From Isurus oxyrinchus (taxonomy: Eukaryota): 64,000 nt of DNA. A program made the translations under genes and the position numbers. The notes beneath the pieces were generated by a model. It had not been told where the DNA came from. It saw nothing but the letters and a program-made list of their open reading frames with translations, and did no database searches. Positions 38,801 through 53,800 of this stretch are shown here, in pieces; positions within the stretch are counted from its first letter, which is position 1, and each line of letters starts with the position of its first letter. Location: assembly GCA_026770705.1 (NCBI GenBank), contig JANJGN010000008.1, forward strand, positions 18,662,001-18,726,000, written 5' to 3'.

Positions 38801-41800
38801 AGAGCCTCATTAATTTTTCTACTTGACAAACTGCAGTCAGGGAGTGGAAATCCCACATCGTGCCCATCGCACCCTCAGCTTTACTTGGGACAGATTTCCT
38901 GAAACTGGGAATCCTATGCAGGTATTTCAGCCTGACTCCCTACCACTCACAATCGTGCCCGCTCTGGTGGGCAAAGCTAAATTACATTCATAGAATTCTT
39001 AATGGCACAGAATGTGGCCATTCCACTCATCGACTCTCTGCTGGCTCTCCATAGAGCAATACAATTAGTCCCATTCCCTTGCTCAATCCCCGTAGAGCTG
39101 ACAGTTCATTTCCAGAAATTAGGAGCCCAGGAAACTGAAGATGTGGCCATCAATGCTGGAGAGATTAAAATTGTCAATATTTGAGAAACCAGAATTCATG
39201 GAGTGTAGATATCTTGGAAGATTGTGGGACAACGGAAGATTCCATAGGTTGGGAGAGGTGAGTCAGTGGAGGATGTTGAAGACAAGGGTGAGAATTTTGA
39301 AATAGAGATGTTGCTCGAGTGGGAGCCAATGTAAATCAGTGAGCACAGGGATGATAGGGAATGGGACTTAGTACAAGTTAAGACACGAACATGAATGACC
39401 TCTACAAAGGGTAGAATGTGTGAGACCGGGCAGGACTGCGTTAGAATCATTGAGTCCAGAGATAACAAATGCATGGATAAGGTTTTCAGAAGTTGTTGAG
39501 CTGAGACCTGTGCAAAGTTGGGCAACGATATAGAAGTGGAAGTGGGCAGTGTTAGTGACGGCATGAATTTTTGTCTCCTTATTTAAGAAAGGACTTAATG
39601 CCATTAGAAGAAGTTCAGAGCAATGTTCACTAGATTGATTCCCGGGATGAGGGTGTTACCTTATGAGGAGAGACTGGGCAGACTGGGCCTGGAAACCTTG
39701 GAATTTAGAAGAATGAGACGATCTTATTGAAAGATCTTGAGACAGTTTGACAGAGTGGGTGCTGAAGGGATGTTTCCACTTGTGGGAGGGACCAGAAGCA
39801 GGTGACAAAGTTTAAAAATAAGGGGTTTCCCATTTAAGATGAAGATGAGGAGAAACATTTTCTCTCTGAAGGTAATGATTCTGTGGGACTCTGTTCCCAG
39901 GAGAGTGTTAGAGTCAAGGTCATTGAAAACTTGAAGGCAGAGGTAGATAGATTCTTGACTAACAGGGGAATCAAAGGATATTGGGGATAGGCAGGATAAT
40001 GGCGCTGACGCCACAATCAGTTCAGCAATGATAGTGTTGAATGGTGGAGCAGGCTCAAGAGGCCGAATGAGCTACTCCTGCTCCTAATTCATATGTTCAT
40101 CTGTGCATATGGATATCAGTTTGAAGCTCATCTAGGGGTCAAATGTGACACCAATTTGTGAACAGAAAGGCTTAATCGCAGGCCGTTGTCAGGGAGAGGA
40201 ATGGAGTCAGTGCCTGGAGAATGCAGTTTGGAGTGGGGATTGGAAACTACGGCTTCAGTTTTCCCAGTAATTAATCACCCAGCCCAAAGTGAATCTCTGA
40301 CTAAACATGTCAAGTGGCTGAAAATGCTTTGTGCATTACAACTAGTGAACGTACTAAGGGGTTAGTAGTGCTAATTATAAACGTTAGCATTTGTCTAGAA
40401 TCATAATATTACTTAGACAAGGACCATGGAGGGGGATGAAACTGGTGGCCACCTTATGGAGTTGTGGTGAAGGCCGAATATGATGACATCGATTTTTCAA
40501 ATATTTACCTTTCTCGTTCATTACTTCACGGGATGTGGGCTAGCCCAGCCTTTTTATTGGCCATCCCTAATTACCTTGAGAAGGTGGTGGTCATCATCTG
40601 ACTTCTACCGAATTCAAATTTCACCATCTGCCATGGTGGGATTCGAACCTGGGTCCCCAGAACATTACCTTGGATCTCTGGAGCAGCAAAAAGAGGAGGA
40701 GAGGAGGGACGAGGGAGCGAAGGGGAACAAATGAATATTATCCAGAAACTGCCAATTGACAGCACTAAGCACTGCTGGTTGGCATTTGTCTGATTATATG
40801 TGTTCATAGTGAAAGAAAACTCCTAATGCATTGGTTCCACAGCTTAATGAGAAATATCAGCTTCATATATCTGTTTTTACAGTTGAGACCGATTCCCGGA
40901 GGCCTGTAATGGGCAGTGACGTCACCCTCAGTTGTACCATCTCCAGACTCTCAGATACAGTCAGTCTTCACTGGAAACAGAGAGGCTCATCTCAGCAGAA
41001 CGGGAGGAATAACACTGATGAGATCCATCTGAATAACACTGTCTATCTGATAGTCAGACATGTTGGAGCAGGAAATCAGAATCTGTATACATGGGAAGTG
41101 CAGGAAAATAACTCCACTGTTCTCACTGGAAACACAAATGTTGATGTGGATTGGGGTAAGTCCAGAGCTACCTCGCAGTAGATATTAAATAGTTACTGAT
41201 ATAAAACTATTACACACAAAGTACAGTGATCACTGACGCCACTGTGGGATTTTGCTGCAGAATGTGCTCCTTGTTTTTGCTCTTGACATGGGTGTAAATA
41301 GAAAATGGCGACATGAAGAACTGATGGAACCAACCAGGTGGGTTTATTTTAATTCACATCAGTGAAACAAAAATAATCAAATCCTTCAATTGAAAAAGCT
41401 AATGTGATTCCAGTCGATACTGGAATAGAGAAATACAAACAAATTAAAGACACCCAACACAATGATAAAAGATTCGGGTCTTTCCTGAACCATTTTCTCA
41501 GTGAAGCTGGGAACTTACAAATATGATCAGAGTGTTTTACATTTATGGTTGTTCACATACTGGTAACACCTGAATAAATGATACATAACCCAGGGATGTA
41601 AGAATAAGGCCACTTTAATCTAATTGGTAATTTGTGTCCATCACACAGATACCTCTTTAGGCCTTTTGAAAAAGAATCAAAGAATTCCTTGGTTAGACAA
41701 GGTCAATAATGAATTGTTAAACTGATTTCACATTGAGTGAACATGCAGAACATTTATGATCAGCTTCATTTAGTTCAATCACCTGTAACATATCCTTGTG

Positions 41801-44800
41801 AATAATGTGACCATGATGGCCTAGATCTTCCAGTCAGTGACAATGCTGGGCATGTTGCTTCTGCCTCCAAAGTATGACCAGCCCTGTGGGGAGGTGGTGG
41901 CATAGTGGTATTGTCAGTTGACTGGTGTGCCAGAGACTGAGGATAATGTCCCGGGACCCGGGTTTGACTCTCACCATGGCAAATGTTGAAATTTGAATTC
42001 AGTGAAAGTTTGATGATGACCACAGGACCATTGCCAATTGTTGGAAAAAGACATGTGGTCCACTAATGTCCCTTTAGGGGAAGGAAATCTGCTGTCCTTA
42101 CCTGGTCTGGCCTACATGTGACTCCATACACTCAGCAATGTGGTTGATTTTTAAATGCTTTCTGACCAAGGGCAATAATTACTGGCCTAGCTAGTGACAC
42201 CCACATCACAGGAACCAATAAAAAAAAACAATCCTGGCCATTTATTCTGGGATCACACAATTGTAACAGCACAGAAGGAGGCCATTCAGCTCATTGTGTC
42301 TGTACTGGCTCTCCAAATGAGCATTATGACCCTGCCTTTTCCCTACAGCCCTGCACATTGTTTCTATTTAAATAATCATCCAATGCCCTCTTGAATGCTT
42401 CCATTGAACCTGCGTCCACACAGTTCCAGGTGGTGTATTCCAGACCCAAACAACTCATTGTGTGAAATAGATTTTTCTCACACAGGGGTCATGCCCCCTT
42501 CCTCTGACAGTAGCTGCTGTATTCAGGTAATTTCTTAACGGTCCGAGTCCTTTAGTGAATGAGTGTGGGACAATGAATGGGTGAGAAAACGAATGAGTGA
42601 GTTGGGGAGTGGGTGATGTTGGTAATAGGGTCAAGGAGCTAGTCAAGGTGCTAGTCTGGTCTGTTCGGGGCGGGAGAGTGTGAACTAGGGTAGGGTCAGG
42701 AGATAGTTGGGCGTTTGGAAGAATGGTTGGGTTGGGGGGGTGGTGGTTGTCTTGGTTGTGGTGCTCAGTTGAGTTACCCAGCTGTTAGACTAAGTATTAA
42801 ATTGACTAACATTTTCTGGGTAAGCATCCAGGTAAGTCTCGCGTATCTGACACAAGTTCAATTTGGAGACATTTGCAGAGTGTCCCAGCAGCAGGGAATC
42901 AGCCCCATTGGAAGTTTAAAGTTCCTGGGCAACTCTTACATATCTCTGTGCATCAGGACTTCCACAGGGTCTTGCCGCCCATCTCCTGATGTACGTCCCA
43001 TCTCCAACGATCCAAAGAAAGGCTCAAAACCAACATGTCCACTACTTAAACAAATTAACTCCTAACTGCCCAGCAAAATGCTAAACCTCTGAGCTTAGAA
43101 CAAACTTGCCCTTTCAACTTTCTCTTTCAATCTAGACTGACGTTGCAGTGGTTGATGGACTTGTCTTTGCTCTGTCTTTATCTGACCGCCTGGCAACATC
43201 CCAAGGGGACCAGAATTGTCTAATACAATATGTATGAAGCACGTATAGATGCTTCGTTAATGAGACTGATTAACAAGTTGGTTATTACCTGCAGACCTTG
43301 GGGAAACAGCATCACATTGAGAGGGGACATGTTTGGGGCAGATGGATTTTGTGCCATGACCCAGTGTTTAAACAACAGTCAGCCTGGGTCAGCAGCCAGT
43401 TTCTGACCAATTTCCCTGTCCCATTTCTGCACTCCCAGCTGACTTATGCCAGGAGGGTGATGTTTGTCCCTGTGGAAATTCAGAAGATCGGTATCTCAGC
43501 AGCAATAAAAATCAAACACCTTGTCTCCTGTCTCTCTGTTACAGGTTTACACAATAAGAAATACACACTTTATCGGTCAAGCACAGATCACAGTGAACTC
43601 GACCTGATTTGTGAAGCTCATTCTGAGTCCATTAAATCTAAATGGACTTGGTCATCACGTTATTTTCAGAATCAAGAGAAAGAAATATCTTCTGCTTACA
43701 AATCTCAGCCCATTGATGTAAACAGGACCTACTTTGGGAATCGTCTGGTCCCCACAGAGACAAATTTTAATGGCAAGAAATTCAGTGTGAGGATTGTCCC
43801 TGTTCTGTTTGATGATGCTGGAGTTTACACATGTATTTCATGGAATTATAAAATTGTTGCCATTAAACTAATCACAGTTAAAGGTAGGAGACAGAATGTT
43901 GCTGCTGTTTTCAATGATCAAGTCAATGTTTAAAATCTAAATGATTTTCTTGTTTACACAGTGACATCTGAACCATCTGCTGCAGTGACTGAGGGAGACA
44001 CCGTTACCCTGACCTGCTCTGTCTCTGATGTCACTGAATCAATGAGACTTGTTTGGATCAAAAGTGATGGCAAAACTGTTGTAGAGAAAACATTGAAGGA
44101 AAAGAAACAGGAACAGGGTTTGTTACAGCTGATTATTCAGAATGCCGACCGACACAGAAGGAACTGGACATGTGTTTTGTTTCATCAAAACACCCCCAAG
44201 ATTTTAATTCCATATTATCTGAAGGTTAACAGTAAGTGTCTCAGATGATAATCTTTTTAACCCACATCAAGGGTTCTTGTCATTTGCTGATCTTTTGTTC
44301 TGAAATACTCTTATTTTATATATTCTATTGCACTCCATATCAGTGAAAGTTCACAACATTCCTGCAGAAATAAAACTCAAACCACACAATGGAGAGAAAC
44401 TGAAAGGGACTATTTTTTACAGCTTTGATGTCCATGACACTTCTATAAGGAATCCTTTCCACATTAAGTCCCCTCTGTCACTAGTTGACAGTAATTTAGC
44501 CGATTTCCTTGCATCCAGTGTTGCTGGCATTGGAGGCAGTCCAGAGAAGGTTCAATCGGTTGATCCCGGGTAAGGAGGGAATTTCTAATGAGGAGCGGTT
44601 GAGCAGGTAGGGCCTGTACTGATTGGGGATTAGAAGAATGAGAGGCGACCTTATTGAAACAAAGGGTTCTTAGGTGGCTTGACAGGGTCGATGCTGAAAG
44701 CTTGTTTCCCCTTGTAGGAGAGTCGAGGACCAGGGAGCATAATCTCAGAGTAAAGGGGTGCCCATTAAAAACAGGGATGAGGAGGAATTTCTTCTCTCAG

Positions 44801-47800
44801 AGGGTAGTGAATCTGTGGAATTCATTACCACAGAGGGCTGTAGAGGCTGGGTCATTAAGAATATTCAAGGCTGAGACAGACAGATTTTTAATCAGAAAGG
44901 GAATCAAGGATTATGAGGACAAGGCAGGAAAGTGTTGAGGATTATCAGATCAGCCATGATCTCATTGAATAACAGAGCAGACTCGATGGGTCACAAGGCC
45001 TACTTCTGCTCCTATGTCTTATGATTTATGTTGGATAATGATAGAAAATGTGACACTTGACTCTAGTGCTCATTTGAATCTGACTTCGAATTGACCAATG
45101 TCACTTCCACAAGTGGAGGCAATTGGCAGGGATTGGTTGAGGGAAAGGTTTACTACAAATACACGAAGCCCTGGTTAGATCAGACCTGGAGGGCTGTGTC
45201 GAGTTCAGGGAATGACCAGGGATTGGTTGAGTTGAATGTTTGTTGAATACCAGGAAGATTGGTCAAGAACTGATTGGCAGGTTGATGATTGACTGATTGG
45301 CTAAGCATTGATTAATGAGGGAAGTGCTTGGATAATTGTCCAAGGAGTGATTAACTTCCAAATGATTGGTCATGAATGATTAGATGATTGGTTGATTGGG
45401 GAATGATTGGTCAAGAAATGAGTGGATGGTTGGCTAGATATGATTGGTCAGGATCAATTGGTCTGGAGTCAATAGGAATCGGGGGAAAATGCTCCACTGG
45501 TTGGAGTCATACCTAGTTGAAAGGAAGATGGTCGTGGTTGTCGGAGGTCAATCATCTCAGCTCCAGGACATCACTGCAGGAGTTCCTCAGGGTAGTGTCC
45601 TTGGCTCAACCATCTTCAGCTGCTTCATCAATGACCTTCCTTCCACCATAAGGTTAGAAGTGGGGATGTTCACTGAGGAATGCATGATGTTCAGCACCAT
45701 TTGCGATGATGTAGATACTGAAGCAGTCGATGTCCAAACGCAGCAAGACCTGGACAAAATGCAGGTTTGGGCAGACAAGTGGTAAGTAACATTCATGCCA
45801 CACAAGTGCCAGGCAATGACCATCTCCAACAAGAGAGAATCTAACCATCATCCCTTGGGGTTCAATGGTATTACAATCATTGAATCCATTACTATCAACA
45901 TGCTGTGGGTTACCATTGACCAGAAACTGAATTGGACCAGCCATATAAATACTATGGCTACAAAAGCAGGTCAGAGGTTTTGAATCATGTGGTGAGTAAC
46001 TCACCTCCTGACTCCCCAAAGCCTGTTCACAATTTACAGGGCACAAGTCAGCGGTGTGATGGAATACTCCCCACTTGCCTGGATGAGTGCAGCTCTCACA
46101 ACACTCATGAAGCTTGAAACCACCCAGGACAAAGCAGCCCACTTGATTGGCACCATATCCACAAACATTCACCCCCTCCACCACCGACGCAGAGTGGCAA
46201 CAGTGTTTACCATCTACAAGATGCACAGCAGGAATTCACCAAGGCTCCTTCGACAGGACTTTCCAAACCCACGACTACTACCATCGAGAAGGACAATGGC
46301 AGCCACCACCTGGGCTTTTCCCTCCAAGTCATTCACCATCCTGACTTGGAAATATATCGCCGTTCCTTTACTGTTGCAGTGTCAAAATCCTGGAACTCCC
46401 TCCCTAACAGCACTGTGGGTATACCTACACCAAATAGACTGCAGCGGTTCAAGAAGGCAGCTCACTACCGCTTTCTCAAGGGCAATTAGGGATGGGAAAT
46501 AAATGCTGGCCAAGCCAGCAAAATCCACATCCTGTAATTGAATTTAAACAAAATAATTGGAGGATTGTCCATGGAGCGATTGGATGATTGGTGAATGCTT
46601 GTTGAAGGAATGATTGGATGTAGACTGATTGATAAGTAATGAGTGGACAGGGACTAAAATAATGGGCTTTCCATCCCACCTGCTGGGTAGAATTTTACTG
46701 TCCCCTGAGAGTTAGTTTGCTGAACATGGGAGGCTCATAAAATTTCATGGCTGCCTTTCATGCAGCTTACCTGCCCACACCTGTCCATGGTTTAACAGGT
46801 AGCGAGTGAGGCCTTGTGTGGCCCACCGACCCTTGCTCCAATTGAGGCCCTTAAGTGGCCAATTAATGGTCTTTTCCCATCTGGTTGCAATTTTCAACTG
46901 GTGGATAGAGGTTGCTGATGGGCAGGAAGCCCCGCCACCCATTAACCCCTGCTCCACTGGTCCTCATCCATGTAACATCAGGTTGGGAAGGGAGCCGTTT
47001 ACTAATTTAAATTTTATAACTCTTGTTTTCCTGTGTTGGAGTAAGCTTGCCTCTGAATTGTAGCCAGCAATAGAGTCTCAGTGCACAGGACTACAACACT
47101 CAGTCACACGTCATTTATATTGGTCAATTAACTTCAGGGACTACTCTCTGAAAACCTATTGGAAATACAGATGCAATGCTGTTCAGGTGGAAAACAGGAG
47201 CACAGGATTTGCATCCATCAGTTCTGCACCAAGTGCCCATCTTTTAGATTCTAGTTTGAAATTAAGACCAGGAAAATCACCGTATAAAATTGTGGGACAG
47301 AACCTATGGAAGTGAGCTCTGTGAGTTTAAATGGCTTTCTTTTCACAGTGTAATACAGATCAGGAGACCATTCGATCCATCGTGATTGTGCTGGAATCAT
47401 ATTTGTATCATTTTCTGCTGAACTGAATAATAATAATAGGAGGCCATTCTCATTACAAAGTCTTCGATAATTTCTTTAAGCTCTTGACTTGTGATCAAAG
47501 TTAGGAATAAAAAATTATCAAAACATTCATTGTATGGCCGTGTTTATTTAAACAAGCAATTTTGAACAAGAGGGTTACTTTGATAGTTTTTCCCAAACCA
47601 CAATCTGTTCCTTTTTTTTGCTTTCCCGCCTTTTACACCATTTCCCACCTGACACAATGTGAACAGTTGACTATTTCCAGGTCTCTACTGAAGGTCGCCT
47701 CCAACCTGCCCTGATGGTGGTGCATGGGGGGAGCTGTTGCTGATGTATATCTTCACCATCCCAGGGGAATATTTATCCACACTCGCCCCAGCTCCCTCTG

Positions 47801-50800
47801 AAAAGATAAGCTAGATGGTATATTTGGTTAGAGGTGCATCATGGTCATAAATACATAACAGCGTCTTCCTGCTCTAATATGTATTTAGAGCAATTACTGG
47901 AGGAAGCATTATCAAGGACCATTAAGTCTTGTTCAATATTATGGTCAGGAAGATATGGTACAAATTTTTTGTCCTAATTGTCTCTAAGTTTTTGCCTCTT
48001 TCATCTCTGCCTACATGTTGTGGTGGATATTGAAACTGTAATAGTGTGAACAGTTGATAGTGAGTCACCAGCCCATTTTAAATTTTCTCCATTTTTATTT
48101 TGGTCCATTTCTTTCTGTCGCACAAAGTCAAAATCTACCCCATTGAATGCAGCTCTCATTCAAATAGTCATTATTCAAGTATAACCTTGTAAAGGAGCAT
48201 TATTCACCTATTGTACCGCATGAGGTTTCACAGCTGAATCAAATCCTGAGCTTACCAGTCATCTGCACAAAACTCAAAGCAATTGTTGGAATGCAACCAG
48301 GAAGTAGAACCCTGTGTGATTTATATTTTCTGTTCGATAACTGATGGGGACTGAAGACAGTTGTGACATTCCAAAATTCCTGAGTGAGGTCAGTTAACTT
48401 GTATCAGGGATTAAACCTACGATCTACTGGTTTGTATGGTTGGATACAAATCAGGCAGGAGGTTTGTCTACTGGGTCATGAGGGAAGCTTAATGTGTTTG
48501 TTCTGAGTTAAACTATAAACTAAATGCAAAATCTGTGCTTATTCTTCTCACAGATTCTTACACTTTTCAACTCACCAGTGTTGTTATTTTTGCGAGCCTG
48601 GCTTTTCTCCTTCTCATTATCCTGGCAGTGGTGCTGAGGATAAAGTGCAAAGCTGCAGGTAAGATATGAAAATTGTTGCAACCAATTTCAGCTTTCATAC
48701 ATTCAAGTGAATGTGAATGTGGCACATGTTTCAAGAAATTAAGAATTATAATTACACCTTGTTTATAATTTGTTATAACTAATTATAGCTGTACTTATAA
48801 TTATCATTTATAATAAGATGCAATTCACTCGGATTACTCGCAGCAAGTCCTGTCCTCCTATCATCCCTCTGCTTGCTGACCTACATTGGCTCCTGGTCAA
48901 ACAATGTGTTGATTTTAAACGATTCTCACCCTTGTTTTCAAATCACCATGGCCTTGCCCCTCCCTCTCTCTATAATCTCCCCCTTACACAAAACCATTGA
49001 GGTCTCTGTGCTCCTCCAATTCTGGCCTCTTGTGCATTCCCAATTCTAATTGCTTCACCATTTGTTGCCGTGCCTTCAGTTGTTCTGAACTCTGGAATCC
49101 CCTCCCTACATCTCACTGTCTCCCTATGTCCCTTTCCTCTTTTAAGACACTTCTTAAGACCGACCTCTTTGACCAAGCGTTTGGTCATCTGACTGATTGG
49201 ACAGAACTTAATGCTTTCCCCTGAGGTAGGTTTGATGGCAGTGGGGGGGCATTTAATAGGGCAGGAAGTGGACCCCACCATCTTCCTGCCTCTGCTACCC
49301 CCCCGCCCCACCCCCAAAGATTTTGTGGTACAAAAGCTCGAGAGCGGCCTTCCTACCCTGTTGACAATTGAGGTCCTTAAGTGGGCAATTAATGTTATTC
49401 ACCCAGCGGCAGGTGTGGGAAGATCAAAAACCAAACCCTTTAGGGGTTGCTTGGAGGTCTCCCGTTATTGGGTACTGAGTGCCTGCTCAAGGAATCTGCG
49501 GTATCGGGAAGTTGGGGACTCACTAAGAGCCAATTCCTGACCTTGCTGCCGAACATCCTCCACCGCAAACCCCACCCTACAACCCCCCCTACTCCCTCTG
49601 TGCCTGGGTCCTTGTGCAATCCTGGGCTTCGGGTGGGTGCATTACCAGCAGCAGCCACCCCTTCCACAGTGTCACTGCAGAGCAATGCAAAGCCTCCAGT
49701 CTCTAATTAACTGACAGGCAGGATTTCCACTCCAGGTCCTTGAACCAAGGGAAGGCCCAACCGCTGCACAGTTATTTCGCTGGGCCTTCCCAAAAGTAGG
49801 CAATGTGGGTCTCTCACCGGCTCACCAGCTAAAGGTTGAGATCCCTGTTGCGTATCATAAGAACTGCCCAATGTCTTCTTTTGTAGCTTGGTGTCATACT
49901 TTATTTTATAATGCTCCTGTGAAGCACCTTGGGGTATTTCATTAACATTCAAGGTGCTAAATTAATATAAGTTGTTGATGTGGGATTATATAAACAGATG
50001 TGTTTGTGTCTCTGTTCTTATTCATTCATGGGATGTTGGCATCACTGGCATTGCCCATCCCTAATGGCACTTAAGCTGATGGTGGTGAGCTGCCATCTTC
50101 AACCTTTGAAGCCCACTGGTGCAAATACGTGACTAGTGCTGTTAGCAAGGGAGGTGCAAGGTTTTGACCTGGCAACAGGGAAGAAATGGTTACATAGTTC
50201 CAAGTCAGGATGGTATGTGCCTTGGAAGAGAACTTGCAGGTGGTGGTGTTTCCATTCACTTGCTGCTGTCTTCTTTGGTACAGGTCCCAGGTTTAGTTAG
50301 GCACTGCCAAAGAAACTTTGGCCATTTGCTGCATTATAACTTGTACATGGTAGACTCTGTTGTCATGGTGCACCGATAGCAGAGGGAGTATATATTTAGG
50401 TGGTAGATGGGGCACCAACCGATGGGCTGCTTTGTCTTGGATGGTGTTGAGCTCTTGAATGTTGTCCGAGCTGAAATCATCCAGGCAAGTAGAGAGAATC
50501 CTATCACACTCCTGGCTTGTGCCTTGTAGATAGTGGACAGGTTAGGAGAGTCAGGAGATAAGTTACTCTCCACAGAATTTCCAGCCTCTGACCTGTTCTA
50601 GTAGCCACATTATTTTATATAGATGGTCCAACTAAGCTCCTGTACTGAGGCCTGTAGCTCAGTTTCTGATAGCCCTGTCAATAAAGCCTTCCATCACTTT
50701 GCTGATGATTGATTGTAAACTAATGGAGTGGTAATTTTCTGGATTAGGTTTGTACTGCTTCTTTGTGGCCAGAACTTACCTGGGCAATTTTCCACATTGT

Positions 50801-53800
50801 TGGTTAGATGCAGAGGGTATTGTAACTATACTGCAAAAGCTTGGCTTGGAGTGTGACTAGGCCTGGAGAACAAGGCTTCAGTACCACAGCATAATTATAT
50901 CAAGATCCATAATCTTTGTTGTATTCTGTGTGTTCAGTTATTGCTTGATATCACTTGGAGTGAATTGAATTAACCTCATCCTGTTGGGGGCATCAAGAGG
51001 AGGCCGAGATGGATTATCCACTTGGCACTTCTGGTTGAAGATGGTGGCAAATTCTTCAGCCTTATCTTTTTTTCACTGTTGTGCTTGACTTCCCCATCAT
51101 GAGGATGTTTGTTGAGCCTCCTCCTTCAGTTAATTGTCTGATTGTCAATCACCATTCATGTGGCAGAACTGGGGAGATTTGATCTGATCCATTGCTTATG
51201 ATAGAGCTTATCTCAGTATACTGCATGCTGTTTTCCACTCTTTGAAATGCACGCAGCCAACTTGATCAGTAGTGTTGTAGCTTCACTGGGTTGGCAACAC
51301 ATCCTTCGGAATGCCTGGTGCTGGTCCTGGCATGTTCTCCTGTAATCATCATTGAGCCATGGTTGGCCCCTGGTTTGATGGTAATGGGAGAGGCTGCCGG
51401 AACACGAGGCTACAGAATGTTTTTTTATTTGTTCTTGGGATGTGGGCCTCGCTGGCTAGGCCAGCATTTATAGCTTTCCTAATTGCCCTTATTCAGAGGG
51501 TACTTTTAAGAGCCAACAACATTTCTGCAGTTCTGGAAACACATGTCAGCCAGACCAGGTGAGGACAGTAAATTTCTTTCAGTGAACCAGGTGGGTTTTT
51601 ATGAGAAATAACAAGAGTTTCATGGTCATCATTAGACTTTTAACTCCAGGTATTTATTGAATTCCAACATCTGCTGTGGTGGGATTTGAATCTGGATTAC
51701 CAGAGCATTGCCCTGGTTCTCGGGATTACTAGTCCAGTAACAATACCACTACGCTACCACCTCCCTGTAGAATGTGATTGGATATAATTGTCCTGTGGGT
51801 GATGGCCCACAGTGACTCACAGATGCCCAGTTTCCGGCTGCTACATTTACTGAATATATTGCACTCATTGTAACACAATGGAGGGTATGTTCAATGTGAA
51901 GATGGGATTTCATCTTCACAGGGACTGCGTGCTGGTCACTCCTGCCAACATGGTCACGGACAGATGAATCTGCAACAGGTTTTTACGTCCTGTTGAGTCT
52001 CTCGCTCCCTGTCACAGACCGAGTCTGGCAGACATTTCCTTCAGGAATCAGCTAGTTTGATCAGCAGTGGAGCTTCCAAACCACTTTTGGTGACGGGCAT
52101 TGAAGTGCCCATCCAGAGTACAGTCCATGCTCTTGCCACCCATGGTGATTCTTACAAGTGGTGTTCAGTTGGGAGGTATACTGATTCATCAGTTGAATGA
52201 ATGTGGTAATTGGTAAAAGATTTCCTTGTCCATGTTTAACCTGATATAATGAAACTTCATGGGTCTGATGTCAACGCTGAGGCATCCAAGGCCACAACCT
52301 CCTGACTGAATGCCACTGTGCTGCCACCTCTGGTGGGTCTGTCCTTTTGGTGGTGGAAAAATCTGGATCATTTGCTGGAAGACATGATTGATTGAAAATG
52401 ACTATGTCAGGCTATTACTTGACAGGTCCTTGGTAGAGATCCCCAGATGCTAGTGAGGTGAAGTTTGCAGGGATAATTGGACACGAAATGCTTTTCGTTT
52501 CTGGTGCCTAGATCAATGCTGGGTGGCCTGACTGGTTTGATCTTTATTTGATTTTCCTGCAACTGTTTAATATAAATGAGTGGTTTGCTTGGCCATGGGA
52601 CAGGTGAGAGTCACCCACATTGCTGTGTGCCTGGAGACAAAGGCTAGGACTGAATAGGGACAGAAGATTTCCTCTCCTGAAAGACATTCATGAACATGTT
52701 GGGGTTTTACAACAATTGATAGTTCCATGATCACTATGACAGAATCTAGCCTTTTACTTCAGATTTGTTAATTAAATTTAAATTCCTCTTGCTGCCATGG
52801 CCAGATTCGAACGCAAGTTTCCAGACCATTAGCCTACACGTCTAGATTACTCACCCCACAATATCACCACTATGCTACCATTCTCATAGTGATTAGCCTA
52901 TAACTCCATTACTGCTGTAATCCATCACACTACATCCAGGATGGTAGAAGGTGAACTGGATGATCATTAGTAAACAATTTGGATTTTTTATCCAGTAGCT
53001 TCATAGTCATTCTTTTGGTGACAACTCCTTATATCCAGACTTAAGTCGCCAACTGTATTCAAATACTGAAACTGCCATGGTGGGATTTCAACTTGAATTT
53101 TATGGTTTCTGGGTTACAGTTTATGATGACAGTATTATGTCCTCAAGATGTCCTATAGTACTTTACAACCAATTAATTACTTTTGAAGTGTAGTTACTCT
53201 TGTTACCAAGGCAAATAGAGAGTTCATTGACTGAATGAAGATTCAGAACAGTAAATGTGCTGAATCATCAGAGAGTCAGTTTGTTGTTACTATGTTTGAT
53301 GGAGAAACCTTCTCTTGGACACTATAAGAAACCAGTGAGACATCCTAGTGAATGAGATGTGTCATAGTTTAATATCTTCTCCACCTCTGAAATTGCAGTA
53401 CCTGCTCAGAATAGCACTGACATGTTAGCCTGGATTATGTTCTCATGTCCTGGAGTGGGGCTTGTGTCAAGTCAAGTATCACCAGCTCTGGATCTGGTAT
53501 TTGCAGAGATATCTATTGTATCTTGTCACAATGTTTGTCATATCTGGTCTCGTGGTCCATTTTGAAACCGAGTTTATTGATTAGAATGTATGACATTTAA
53601 AAGGAAAGCTGACTGTGGGTTAATAGGTGACCTCTATATGAACAGGTTTGGAAAGTCAAAGACCAAAAGCTCTGCAGCCAGGAGAAAATACAGAAGATGC
53701 ATCTCAGCTTTATTCAAGTCTTCATGAAATTCAGCAAATGCAAGGTGACATTTAAACCCTTAAAGTAAGAATTTTACAAGTGCTGTGTTCTGTTTGTTCA

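Noticed and set aside
43298-43544. N-terminal extension of the 211-aa ORF over D7 (and similar extensions on other Ig ORFs)
   Set aside because: Intronic read-through upstream of a clear splice acceptor. Homology with the paralogous exon starts at the acceptor.
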